Source: Selaginella moellendorffii (Eukaryota > Plantae > Lycopodiophyta). From it: a DNA stretch of 64,000 nt. Location of the stretch: the NCBI RefSeq assembly GCF_000143415.4, contig NW_003314269.1, forward strand, positions 3,601,969 through 3,665,968. Direction: 5' to 3'. The position numbers and the translations under genes are program-made. The stretch's first letter is position 1. Each line of letters starts with the position of its first letter. The notes below the pieces were generated by a model that made no database searches, was not told the DNA's origin, and saw only the letters and a list, made by a program, of their open reading frames with translations. Shown here piece after piece: positions 12,450 through 25,600 of the stretch.

Positions 12450-14628
12450 CTAAAAGCTCTTGCGTTTGATTCTCACTGCAGTCCTGTGCTTGGCCTTGTA
12501 GTCCAAGCTCAGCTTGTCTTTGGACGCCAGCCATTCTTCTTCGGCGGCAGGGGACCTCATGAACGAGCAAGTCTTTTTCTCCAGGAGAGCTTTCACGGAT
12601 GGCCGAAGCTGCTGGTGCTGTGAGCTCTCGGTAACGTCGTTGCTAGTACTCTTTGAGGTACTGACCGGCAGTGATGTTCCTGTAGTGACTTTGGCTCGTT
12701 GGTCGTCAGAATTATCACCTTTCTTCTTGATGTTTGGCACTAAACTTGCCGAACTATTGGATTCCTGTGGTTCGGCTCCTGCTATCGTTGACAAAGAGAA
12801 TGTCGCACCGCTGCCATCTCCAACCAGAGATTTCCACGAGCTAAACCGGACCCAGCTCTGATCTTTTTGTTTTTCCTGCTGCTGCTTTCTATCAACTTGG
12901 TCATCCTTTCTCTCAGGTCCATTTTCGCTTCCTTCGAGAGCTTCTTTAGAGCTTCCATCAGCTTTGTCCGACCGGCTCTTTTTGTTCGAGTGACGAGCAG
13001 CTCGGTCTCCAGATTTGTGCTTCTTTGCATCTGGAATTGTAACTTGCTCGTCTTCGAGAGCTTCGCTAACTCCGGTTCCAAATAAATTATCCCCTTTCGT
13101 AGCGTTGGCTTCGGTCTACAAACAAAAAGGAACTCACTCGATAGTCGTCAAAGAGATAAACGCAAACGTACCTTTCTTCTTTCTTTCAGCATGCCACCCT
13201 CTTCGTCAAGTCCTTCCTCGTCGCATTCTTCTCTCGTAAGAACTTTCTTGCTACTTGTAGCGCTCTTTGTGTCTCGAGACGACCACCTCACGCGGTTAAT
13301 TTTCTTTGTTTCGTGAGAGCTTCCATCAACCTTTCCCGAACTATTCTGATCAACCTGGATATGTTCCAATTCCTCTTCCACGTCCTGTTCTTCAAAGGAG
13401 TCCTCAGAGAGCTCTTCGTTCTCTCTCAGTCCAGCCGCGGCTTCAAACAAAGTATCCCACTTTGTATCGTTGGTTTCAACCTTGGCCTGCGAGAAAGACC
13501 AACGCGATGAGACTGACAGAAGAAAACATCGTACCTTTCTCTTTTTTATCAGCCCCGGGAGAACAACGCCATCCTCTTCGTCGAGTTCTTCCTCCTCGCT
13601 TTCATTTTCCATAAGAACTTTGTCATTGTCCTCCTTGTCACTTGTAATGTTCTTTTCCTCTTTGGAGTTTGATGCTTTCACGCCACTCGTCTTGTCCTCT
13701 TTCTTGTTCTTCTCTCTGAGTAAGTCATCTTCGTCTGGAACGAAAGCATTCACGTCGCCTTCCATTCTTTTTACCTCGATTTGCTTGCCTTTCTTAGTCT
13801 CACGGGGAAGTTTGCTGCTCGGATCCCCCTTTTGTTTCTCTTTTTTCTTTCTCTCGCTATTGCTCGTCTCGGCTATGGAGCTTGACCCCAAGTTGCTTCC
13901 AGCCGCCTCCACCTCTCGGCTCGATCCGTTCTCATCCAAACGCTTGGATTCCAATTTTTCCACAAGCCTCAAGTAGCCACTGTGCTCAAACTCGAAAGGA
14001 TCGGTGGCCTCTTGATCTTGGTGTTCTCCGCAGCTACACAGTCCGAGCAAAGCGAGAGGATGGCTGGCGCAGCGCTCAAAACTCCGTTTGTGTTTACCTC
14101 CACTCACAACTTTCACCTGGAAGATCACTGCTCAAACTAGAACTAAAGAAAAACCAGAAGCTCGTCACCTTTCGTGATCGCGGGAAAAAAATTTTAAGCG
14201 CCCGCGTCGCTGGAACAATCGGCATTTTCGGCCGCTCTTTCTGCTCGCCATCCTTCTTTTGGTCCTCCCTTCCGGCGGCCCATTCTCGTTCCAATCGCTG
14301 AAGATAGTGCTCTTTGGCCAATTCCACGCGAAGGCATCCTCCCTTCCACTTACAGCCTTTGTACTGCGGTACAAAAATTTCGTTTTTCATCGATCGGCAT
14401 CGCATCAATCAATACGATGAAAATACTTACAGTGCTGAAGACCTTACGGAGCGCCGCGGGCGACGAAGCCACGAAATCGATGTAGGCGAAATCGCGATCG
14501 CCGCTGCGGATCATCTCCACGGCGCGCACGGCGCCCAGTGATCCAAACGCGCGCTCCAGATCCTGCGCAGCCACGGACGCGCCCAGGCCGCCCACAAAGA
14601 GCCTCACTTCCTCTCCCATTTGCCCCAT
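12450..14628 (-). CDS. N-terminal RRM protein with a long charged low-complexity tail (nucleolar protein 8-like)
   Basis: RLFVGGLG...FAYIDF spliced to YKGCKWKGGCLRVELAKEHYLQRLEREW is a NOL8-type RRM. It is followed by E/K/S-rich exons. Downstream exon boundaries are approximate. Confidence 0.75.
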
Positions 14629-14702
14629 AAACCCTAAAATTGCTAAACCCTCTATTATTACCTTTTTGATTCCATAAACCCTAAACCAGAGAGATAGGGT
14701 TT
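14629..14702. promoter_or_regulatory. 74-bp bidirectional intergenic segment with telo-boxes (AAACCCTA)
   Basis: AAACCCTAA at 14629 and 14676, and TAGGGTTT at 14695, between divergent start codons. Confidence 0.65.
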
Positions 14703-15775
14703 ATGGACATGGCCTCACTCCAATGCGCGGGAGCGGGGGCTCTGGCCCTGTGGCAACGCCAGCATTCCTCCGGTAAGCGCTGCTCGATCGGGAGGCAATA
14801 TGGCAGGCGCTGCTCGATCGCGGTGTCGATTGCGCAGCGCGGATGGTGCCAAAGAGCCGGGAATCCCAGATCCGGGGCTTGGCGGGCAATGGCGTCGGAT
14901 TCGCAAGCGGAGGACGAAGAACAGGAAGACGCCTTGCTAAGCGACGAAGAAGAGGAGACTGAGGAGGAGGATGAGGAGGTAAAATTTTCTCTTTCGAGCT
15001 CGAAAAGAACTTGAGTTTCATTCTTGCAGGACAATGTTGACGTGGATGTTCTTAGCAACGAGGAAATCGATGCGTTGATGAAAGAGTATGGGAATGTTGT
15101 GCGATCGGATCCAGAGCCTCGAAAATCATCTGCCGAAGATGCTAATGCGGATGCCGAGGCTCTCTCCAGTAAGTTCCATTCTTTCTTTTCCTCGTTTCTA
15201 TGGTTTGGCCTGATATCTTGTGTTTTGCGTAGTGCAGTGGCTACTGCTCTAGCTACAGCTGCCAACGAAGTTAAAGCGGTGGATATCAAGCTCTTTCACG
15301 TCAAACCTCTGATATACTGGGCTCGCTACTTTTTAATCGCTTCAGCGTTTTCTATGCCTCAAGTCAATGCTATAGTGTAAGCCTGCCATCGTTTCTTTCT
15401 ATGATCTTACCAGGTACGGTTTCTAAAATCTGCAGTGGAAGAATAGAAGACATCGCCCAAGAACAGTACGGGAAAATTCCAAGACCAAGCGGAAAGCCCT
15501 CGGGCTGGACACTCATGGATTTCGGTGAGCGTCTTTTAATATTCTTCTCTGTGTGTGTGTGTGTTACTGCCAGATATTTACACTGCTGGTACTGATCGAA
15601 AAGTCTCTGCCCTTCGCAGGTGATGTCGTTGTGCACATCTTTCTACCATCGCAGCGAGAATTCTACAACTTGGAAGAGTTTTATGCGAACGCTCCTCTAG
15701 TGGAGCTGCCTTTTGTCTCGGAAAGCAGTAGCAGCAGCACAGCCAGGTCAGATGCCGAGGGAGAGAGCGAAGAGG
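14703..15775 (+). CDS. Iojap: Plastid Iojap / ribosomal silencing factor RsfS
   Basis: Transit-peptide-like N-terminus and an acidic region, then ANEVKAVDIKLFHVKPLIYWARYFLIASAFS, SGWTLMDFG|DVVVHIFLPSQREFYNLEEFY. About 5 exons. Confidence 0.9.
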
Positions 15776-16695
15776 AGATGATCTCTTTGAGCTAAGTAAG
15801 TTCTCTCAGTTTGTATCGAGGAGGAAGTTGAAAAGTTCTAACGCTGCTTTCCACAGATCAAGTCGAGTGCGAAGATGGCCCGCTTGTGTTTGACAAATTC
15901 AAGAGAGATGAGGGGAACAGTGAAGCGCTGATGATGGTGGTGATGATCTCTTTGAGCTAAATGACGTAAGTTTTTCTCCATAGTTTTGTTTTGGGTCCTT
16001 CGAAGGAGGTATTCAAGACTGATCGATGCGTCCTTCTCTTGGGTGGATTCTTTTTAAAGGATTCTTCCTTTTGGTCGCAGGGCCAGCGTCTAGAACAAAG
16101 AGACGAAGGAGAAAAGAAAGGCTTGTAACCATTTTTCTAATGTGTGAGTGCGTGCCGTCAGTCAAAAAAGAAGTGTTGGAACATTGACGCGGCTGGCCAG
16201 CCAGTCAAGCGCGCACACGTGGCAGAATATGGGGCTTCCATCTTGCCTCGGATCGACGGCCGATACGCTTGCGGTCCACCACACAATTCATTCCTTTCAT
16301 TCATTCTCGTAAAGTAATGTCCTCGCATTTTCTTCGCTAAAGCTGTTCTACATTTTCTAGGGCTGGGCAAGAGGCAGGGCGAGGCGCACGGGTCGATCGA
16401 GCTACGGGAGCTCTCTTCGCGGGCGCCGGGAGCTCTCCCGCGGGCAATGCAGTGTTCTTGAAATTGAGGTAGGGTTTTGCGGCAGCCGGGAGCTTCCGGG
16501 TGGGAAATTTCGGCTCGCGCGACGCTGGAAGTCCAGGATGAGGCGCTGGAGGGATTGCTAGGATGGACAGCTCCTCGGACTGGATAACGTGAGGTGAAAA
16601 TGCGGGGAAATTTGTGATGCTGCTCGAGGAGTAAGCGGGAAGATCCAGCAGGAGATAGCATGAGGTGCCTGGAGTAGTGGAAGGAGGGGGAAGAA

Positions 16696-19600
16696 ATGTT
16701 GAACAAGGGGCTGTTTGGATGGTCTCCACCTCACATCCAGCCACTGACGCCAGTGTCCGAGGTCTCGGAGCCGCCAGAGTCGCCTTCGCCTTACTTGGAT
16801 GCTGGGGGTGATGCTATACCCGTGGATGACGATGTTCTAGAGGATGAAGAGGACATAGATTTCTCCCCAGTGGCAGTCTCGTTTTTCAAGCTGTTCGTGT
16901 ATGCTGGAACTTGGGACTGGGTGCTTATGATCCTTGGGACACTCGCATCGGCTGTTCACGGTGCTGCGCTGCCGGTTTACCTCCACTTCTTTGGGAAAAT
17001 CCTCAATTGCTACCGGCACAGAACGAGTCAAGCGCGAGTATACGATGATCTCACGCAGGTTAGTACCAGTTCTTTGCGACTTTGCCTTTTTCTTTTCCTT
17101 CTTTCTATGCTCACGCAATTCTTTCTTTCTTATAGTATGTCCTGGATATTCTCTACATTGCGGGAGCTGTTTTGCTGGCTGGATGGATACGTAAGTGTCG
17201 TGCGTTGTTCTTTGAAATGATGGTGATCGCTTTTGTCATGTTTCTACCGCAGAGGTCTCTTGCTGGCTCTTGACTGCGGAGAGGCAATCTTCTGTAATGC
17301 GGTCAAAATATCTGCAAGTTTTGCTCAATCAAGACATGGGGTTTTTTGAGAGTTATGCAAGCAATGGAGATATTGTGAGCCAAGTTTCGAACGATGTTCT
17401 GTTTATCCAGTATACTATTGGGGAAAAGGTATGCATTATGAGTCTCCATCTCTAACAGCTAGGCTTATACTTTTTCTAACAGGTCAGCCATTATGTGCAT
17501 AACATGGCTACATTCGTCGGGGGTCTTGTAGTAGGATTTTTGAACTGCTGGCAGATAGCTCTCTTGACGCTAGCGACTGGACCTTTAATAGTTGTTGCTG
17601 GAGCCATCTCCAACATTTTCTTGCATAAGCTTGCTGAAAGCGTTCAAGATGCCTACTCTGAAGCTGCGAGTATCGCTGAACAGGTGTGTCATCAATCACG
17701 TTCTCTTTTAAACATAAAAGTGTTTTTCTTTTTTGTGCTCAGGCTATTGCATATGTCCGAACTATATATGCTTTTGCGAATGAAACTTTGGTGAAGCACT
17801 TGTATGCAAGCGCTCTTCAGACTACACTTGGATATGGCGTTCAAATCAGTCTTGTCCAAGGCGTTGGTCTTGGCTTTATCTACGGTCTAGCTATCTGTTC
17901 TTGCGCTCTTCAATTGTGGTTTGGTCGAATACTTGTTGGAAAAGGAGATGCCAACGGTGGTGAAGTTATCGTGGCAGCATTCGCAATCATTTTAAGCGGA
18001 CTGTAAGCTAAAAGATTCTCTCTTGCTTCTAGTATCCTACTTACGTGCCGATGCAGAGGGTTGAACCAGGCAGCAACAAATTTCCCGGCTTTTGAACAGA
18101 GCAAGATTGCAGCTTATAGACTCTATGACGTGATTGAAAGGACAATCGCTAACACTCAACAGGGAAATATTCTTGCTAACGTTCAAGGAAGTTTGGAGCT
18201 CAAGCATGTCTATTTCAGCTATCCTTCGCGCCCCGATGTACCCATATTGAGTGGCTTGTATCTCCAAGTAGCTCCAAAGAAAACCATGGCTTTGGTTGGA
18301 AGCAATGGTGCTGGGAAAAGTAGCATTCTATCACTAATTCTTCGCTTTTATGATCCAACTTTAGGTGAGGCTATCACATATTCTCCATGGTTCTGATCGT
18401 GATTGTGCAGGCGAGGTGCTTTTGGACGGTGAAAACGTACGAAACCTTCAAATGACGTGGCTTAGAAGTCAGATTGGGTTAGTGAGTCCCGAGCCTGCGC
18501 TGCTTGCGTCTAGCATCAAAGACAACATTCTTTACGGCCGATCAAACGCAAGCATGGATGACGTCGAGGAGGCTGCGAAGACTGCTCATGCTCATGCATT
18601 TATCAGCTCGCTACCTTTCGGATACAATACACTGGTGAGATTTTTAGTTGTGCCTGACTTTCTGGAAGTGAATAATATCTGCAGCTTGGCGATGGAGGGA
18701 TAACTTTGTCAGAAGAAATGAAGCTAAAGCTAGCCATCGCTAGAGCCGTCTTAAAGAATCCACCCATCCTACTACTTGACGAAGCTACCAGTAATCTTGA
18801 TCCACAGGCCGAACGGAACGTGCAAGAGGCCCTTGACATACTGATACTTGGTCGGACGACACTCGTAATCGCTCACCGCCTGGCTAATATCCGAAATGTG
18901 GATGTAATCGCTGTTATTGAAGAAGGCCAGCTTGTTGAGCTTGGTACTCACGATGAATTGATGGCTGCCGATGGAACGTACGCAGAACTAATTCGCCTTG
19001 AGGAGACGGCAAGAGTTGTTCCTTGGTAAGAATCTTGCTGCCATCATCTTCTAAGCTAACGTTTCATTTCCAGGAACAAGAAAAGCTTCAGAGAAACAGC
19101 TCATACCTCCTCTCCTCGATTGATACGCTCTTCTTCCGTCGCGGCGCAGAATGGACAACGCTACGCGGAGTTTAGTAGCGTTCACAGCTCACCGCCTCAA
19201 ATTCCAAGTCCATCATCTGAAGACAAAGACTCCGTAACGTTTGGCAGCGGAACGGCGGAAGGAGAAAAAAATCCGCAACACCCGCCACCGCTGGATATTC
19301 ACAACTTCCAACAAATACCTTTCAAGTCTGATCCGGAATCTCCCGTGTCGCCACTCCTGACATCTGACCCCAAGAACGAGAGATCTCACTCGAAGACATT
19401 CAGCAGATCCATCTCGCAGCTGGTAGAACTGGAATCGACGAGCATTATCCCCGAGACTCCTGGGAACAATGAGAAGCCAAGCTACTGGAGGCTCATACAA
19501 CTGAGTGGACCTGAATGGTGTTATGCCTTTGTCGGAAGCATCGGTGCGGCGTTTTTTGGCTCCTTCAATCCGTTAATGGCCCTTTTCGTCGTTCAAACTG

Positions 19601-21372
19601 CTCAGTACTACTATCACGCGCAGGACCACCGCAGTAAACGTGAGATAAACAAGTGGTGCTTGCTTGTGACTGGTATGGGATTAGCGACGGTTTTCGTCAA
19701 CTTCCTGCAACACTTTTACTTCGGCATCATGGGAGAAAAAATGACTGAACGAGTTCGAAGGCTAATGTTCTCAGGTACTTACCTCTCAACCATCCTAGAG
19801 CATTTGAGTAAACTTATTGTTGTGCATCTGTCGCAGCAATTTTACGCAACGAGATCGGGTGGTTTGATCAAGACGATAATAGTACCGAGGCCCTGTCGAT
19901 TCAGCTGGCGAATGATGCTACTTTTGTTCGGGCAGCCTTTAGCAACCGGCTCTCAATTATCATCCAAGACACCGCTGCTGTTGTCGTGACTGTTTTATTG
20001 ACGACCTTGCTCCAGTGGCGTTTGGGAACAGTTGCAATTGCTACCATTCCTCTGCTTATAGTCTCAGCTATTTTCCAGGTACGCCATCACTTTCTGTTTG
20101 TGAACGTTTCTTATTTACAGATTGCTGCAGAAAATGTGGGTGATGGGATTTTCTGGGAACATTAGAGAGTGGCATACGAAAGCTTCCGTAGTCATTGAGG
20201 ACGCAGTCAGGAATATATGCACCATCGCATCCTTCTCTGCTGGAGATAAAGTCGTTCAGCTGTACAAGAACCAACTCGCGAGACTCCAGGCCCGAAGTTT
20301 TATCCGTGGTCAGGTCACAGGGATCGCCTTCGGCATTTCTCAGTTCCTTTTGTTTGCATCCAACGCTTTCGTTCTCTGGTACGGGACCGAGATACTGAAA
20401 AGGCACGACGGGAGGCTCAGCGAAGTCTTGAAGGCATTCACCGTGTTCTCGTTCGCAACGTTTGCGCTGGTGGAGCCTTTCTGTCTGGCACCTTACATCC
20501 TCAAGAGACGGGAATCACTGAGGCCCGTGTTTCAGATAATTGACAGGAAACCAACAATCGAGTCCGACGATGGTGACGGCCTGAAGCTTCCAAACATCTT
20601 TGGTACCATAGAGTTTCGTGGCGTCGAGTTCAGATATCCGACGAGGCCAGACGCAGTTATACTCAACGATTTCAATCTCAAGGCAACGGGTGGACAGACG
20701 GTGGCAGTCGTGGGACTCTCAGGATCCGGCAAGAGCACAGTCATCTCTCTGATCGAGCGGTTTTACGACCCCGTAGCCGGCTCGGTGACACTGGACGGAA
20801 AGGACCTCAAGGCTTTCAACCTGCGGTGGCTTCGCAGCAACATGGGCCTGGTACAGCAAGAGCCGGTTCTATTCTCCACCACCATTCGAGAGAATATCAT
20901 CTACGCCAAGCGCAACGCAACCGAGGCCGAGATGAAGGAGGCTGCCCGAATAGCAAACGCTCACCAGTTTATCAGCGGGCTGCCTCACGGATACGACACG
21001 CACATCGGCATGCGAGGGGTGGAGCTCACCGCCGGACAGAAGCAACGAATCGCCATCGCGAGAGTTGTGCTCAAGAACGCTCCCATCTTGCTGCTGGACG
21101 AGGCAAGCTCCGCGGTGGAGAGTGAGTCGAGCCGGGTGGTACAGGAGGCGTTGGACACGCTCATTCTGGGGAACAAGACCACCATCGTTATAGCTCACAG
21201 GATTGCGATGCTCAAGCGGGTGGACAAAGTGGCGGTGCTTCACGACGGCCGGATTGTGGAAGAAGGAGCTCACAACGTTCTCATGGAAAGAGGCGGCCTC
21301 TACTCGCGGTTTATCATGTCACACATGTCCAAGCCGATGAGGCAGCACACGGTTTCCAGCTACGGTGGTTAA
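16696..21372 (+). CDS. ABCB20: Full-size ABC transporter B family P-glycoprotein, ABCB6/ABCB20 clade
   Basis: Clade-typical N-terminus GLFGWSPPHIQPLTPVSEVSEPPESPSPY and two TMD-NBD halves. Walker A motifs GSNGAGKS and GLSGSGKS, Walker B ILLLDEA twice, and linker SDPESPVSPLLTSDPKNERSHS. Multi-exon. Confidence 0.95.
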
Positions 21373-22676
21373 TCGATCGGTTCTTCCCGGGGGCGCGAGA
21401 GAAGTTTTCCAGGAACTCGGGAGGAAAAAGAAGAGGGGACGCGACGCTGTACATAAGGAAAGAAAGAAGAACGAACGAGACAACGAAGAACAACGAGAAC
21501 GAACGAGACAACGAGATTCCAGCGAAAGCTTTCAAGAAAAAAAAAAAGAACTGTAAGATACTCCAATTTTTTTGACTATACTGGTACTAGCTTTCACTTC
21601 TTAGAGCTGTGTTTTTTGGGCATTTACGAGCTGACCTTCCAGGGAAATAATAATCGATTGGCATTGTTTTTCACAGTGTGATCTTTAAGAAGAAAACAGG
21701 CCGAGACAATGAAGCTTTGATAAGATAGATACGAAGACAAAGCTTTGCGATCTCTTGATTATATAGACGAAGGCTGTGATAAGTTGTCACAGTAAGGAGA
21801 ACTTGTGATAGCTCCAAAAAAAGTTATTTGATCCGCGAAACGCTACAAAAGGTTATAAACGTCTGCCAACAAAACGCCGCTATCGCGCTTAATACGTAGC
21901 TTGTTGGTATGTACATACGTCTAGAGATAACAATTTATAGAGGTGTTGGGAGCTCCTATGCCAACCAGCAATTGCCAGATTTTGCTCTGGCGTTTGGGCC
22001 ACATGGGCCATAATCGTGGTGGTCAGTATGCACGAATCATACATACGCAATACAAACCCATGGGCCCATCACTGCCAGCCTGGACCTACGGCGCGATAAA
22101 TTCTCTCCCTCGTACGGTACCGCGCTGTGACGTGGCATGGCATTGTCCGTCGGATGAGGGCATGAACGGGTCCGATATGACGCCGCAAGTTTCACCGTGT
22201 GCATAAAACGTGGTTTTTTATCACTCTTTCACCGCGCGGTAAAAAGCGAGAGGGAGGGAAGAGAGGAGAGAGGCAATATTTCTTCGATTCGCGCGAGGGC
22301 GAGAGGGTAAATCAGGGTTCTTCCTCTGGCGCGCCCGATCTGCGCCGCGACGATAGCTGCGGATTTGTGGTAAGATCGAGCTACATTCTTGGCCGGGCGA
22401 TGCTTGCGAGTAGATCGAGCTGCGGCGCGTCGCGGCGGATTCGGCTGGAAGAATGCTGTAGCTTAAGCGCTAAATGTGGATTCTAGGTGAGGATACAAGG
22501 CAAAGGGATGGATCCTGAGCTTCGACGCTACTGCTGGGCTCGGGGGATTTATAGAACTGGATAGATTGTGGATAGAGGTTACCTACATTGTCTTCTCGGG
22601 GCATTTCCAGGCGCTCGAGAGGATGTCAGTATGATCTTTGATTGGTGGAAGCTGGGATTGGTCGATTGGAGGTGCA

Positions 22677-25600
22677 ATGGCGTCGCTGCTGTGGATTCTT
22701 TCGCTCTTGTCGGGATGTTTATGGGCTCAAGCTCAGGTTCCAGTGCTTACGAGAGCACCGGCGCTCGTGACTGCTCAAAGGAATGCCACCTTTGAGTTCA
22801 TGGTAAAGAATGCCTCGGGAGGAAACGATGCTTGCAGTGACTGTGCTATTCAATGCAAGGTACTGTATCGGATCCTTTGTTTTTCTTTGTGTTTGTTTTT
22901 TCTTTCTATCTCGTTTCTTAAAGTTTGCTGTTTGATGCGCAGCTGGATGGATCGCCATTTCACGATTGCGCTTCTCGCGGAGATTCTTACTCGAGTTTAA
23001 TAGATGGCGATCACGTTTTTGAAGTTTCGATACAGACGGTCAATTCTTCAGTATCCGTGAGCTACAATTGGACTGTCGGTCAGTTTTCCCCAGCTTTCTC
23101 GGTTTTTCATATCTAACGACCAATTTACAGATTCTATACCTCCAACCGGATCAATAACGGTTGATAGAGAATTTACCAATGCCTTGAATGCCACTTTGCA
23201 TATCATATTAAGTGAATCTTGCGCTGGAGATGGTGGATTTAAGTGTTCTGACATTGCAAATTGTCCTGTAAGTTTTTAAAAAAGGTAGAAAATGCTTTCT
23301 TGCAGACAATTTTCAACTTTTCTAGGTAGCTACCCACGGTCCTGGAAGTATTGTGCCATCAAGCTTGCGTGTTATCCGACCGAATTTGGAGTACAACCTT
23401 GTACTCAATTTATCAGCTGCAACTCAGTCGGGCCGAGTCATTGTTGCGTTAGGAAAAGAATTTTGCAGCGATTTGGCTGGGAACAAGTTCCGGAGGGGAG
23501 ACAACTCGAGTGTCATTGTGCGCTTTGGTATGCTCTTTCAGCTATAGTATGAATGTAATTGTGGTGTTTCATTTGCAGACAGAACTCCTGTTGATGTTAA
23601 CCTTTGGACCGGAATCACGGAAGTTCAAGTGGTAGTCAATAAGCAACCGCGATCCCTGCAGGTGACCAGAGATATCGGCGACCTTGGGATATTTTTGGAC
23701 TTTTCACGGCCTATAGTCAACACGACTGAAGAGATTCTTGGAGCCTTGAATGTTACTGATGGTGTTCTTCAACCAACAGAAAGAAAAAGTCACGGCAAGC
23801 GGAGATACGGCTTTCTGGTAACTAAACTGCATTCTTATATTTCGGCACTCAAAGTCTCTTTCCCCAGCTCACGAATATCTCGGACTCCGCCGTTGTGACA
23901 GTACAACTTCAGGGAGGCTTGCAAAGCCGTGATGGTACTTACGTATTGCAGTCAAACCATGTCAGCTTCTTATACGGTAATCCTTTCTTGTGAATGTAAA
24001 TGACCGTGAAGCTTGGCTCTAGATCGTAAGAGGCCGGAGGTACTACTATCCCCATCGTCGTCCGTGAAAACAAGGAAACGCACTACCGGAGTCTGGATTG
24101 AATTTTCTGAACCGGTTTTTTTATTTGATTCATCAGATTTCAACTTGTCTGCTGGCAAAGTTACGAGGTGAGCAAATTTATGTTGGGTTATCAGCTTTAA
24201 AGGTTTCCGTGTTGCAGGCTAAGCGAAATAACTAAGAGCAAATACTTCGCGGAGCTACTCATTCCCGCTGACCAAGTTGTCACGGTGTTTATATCTGAAA
24301 ACAAAACGACTGATATTGCCGGAAATCCAAATCTTGCATCCAGCCAGCTGCAAGTACGCCATTGTAAGTTTTTCAGTCTTTTCAGTAGAGAAAAAGTCTC
24401 TTGTTTCTGACGTGCTACTCTGTTTCTAGATTCACCACCTGCAATTGCAGTCGCTTCGTCTTGTTTTGTCACAGCGGGTATACTTGCTACATTCATAACT
24501 TCGGGGCTGGTCTCTATAGCCTCCACTAGTTTGGGGGGAGCTGGTGCGATTACTAGCAGGACTGTGAGCTCTATTGTGTCAAATCCATCAGGAAATCTTC
24601 TGGTATGTGAATCATGAGGATGCCACTCTGTACTGATGGAATGTATGCAGGGAATGGCCGGACATCTACAAGTATTTGCGTTATCATATTATGCCTCAAC
24701 GAATTTTCCCGTTGAGTATAGTGAAACTGTCCGGAGCATGAAATGGTTTATCCCTCACGTCAAGCTTCCATGGGAAAAGCAGCAATCTATTCTGAGCCAT
24801 AAGCTACATTACCAAGCCAACAGTCCTTATTCTTTGGATTACTTGGAAACACGCCGAAAGCTGGGGTCCAACACAACTCTTTATGGACCCGCGTTAAGCT
24901 CAGACGAATATAGGCTTTTCTTTCAGGTACAAATGACGCTTTTGTTGCTATCATTTACCTGGAGGCTTTCTCACAGATGCAACACGGAGAATCTGTCGTT
25001 CTTGAAGGGAAATATAACGGGTACGTAGAAGTTCACAAGGTCATGTATATAATTAACTTCTTCGATTCACGCTACAGATGGAACGACTTCGGGAAGAATA
25101 TGTTTTGGTTGGGAGTTTTCGGGGGTGGTTTCGTTCTTTTCCACCTGTTGCTACTCTATTTTCTACGATGGAGAACGGAGGCAACTCTCAGAGGCGCTCT
25201 TTGCGTTCCTCGCTTCGAGATTTTTCTCCTTTACGTTGCTTTACCGTGTATCTGTCAAGCAGCGGCCTTCATCATTCGGGGTAAGAAGTCTGCTGTTATT
25301 TTTGCTTGTGCGAGTCACGATTGCCTTGCTCAGGTGGTACAACGGGTGGGATCATTGTGGGAGTGTTGTTACTTGCAGTTCCAACTGGCTTCTTCCTCTC
25401 CGTGCTGATGTTTTTGCTGGTCGCGGTCATCTGGGGTGCATTGGTTCAGTACAAAGAGTACAGGAGTCAGGCAGGCGGTCACGTTTGCCGGGGAGTAGTG
25501 CGTTTGCTACTCGGCGAAAGTCACATTGGGAAGTGGGTCCGCAAGGAGGGTCTCTCGTCCAGTTTCATCCCCAAGTTTGGCTTGCTGTTTGAGAACCGGA

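Noticed and set aside
14629-14702. AAACCCT motifs as telomeric remnants
   Set aside because: They are isolated units next to start codons (also at ZOP1, RPP2 and NAP1), which fits telo-box promoter elements rather than telomere arrays.
16158-16744. Minus-strand ORFs upstream of ABCB
   Set aside because: They overlap the GC-rich promoter/5' UTR and have no protein-like features.
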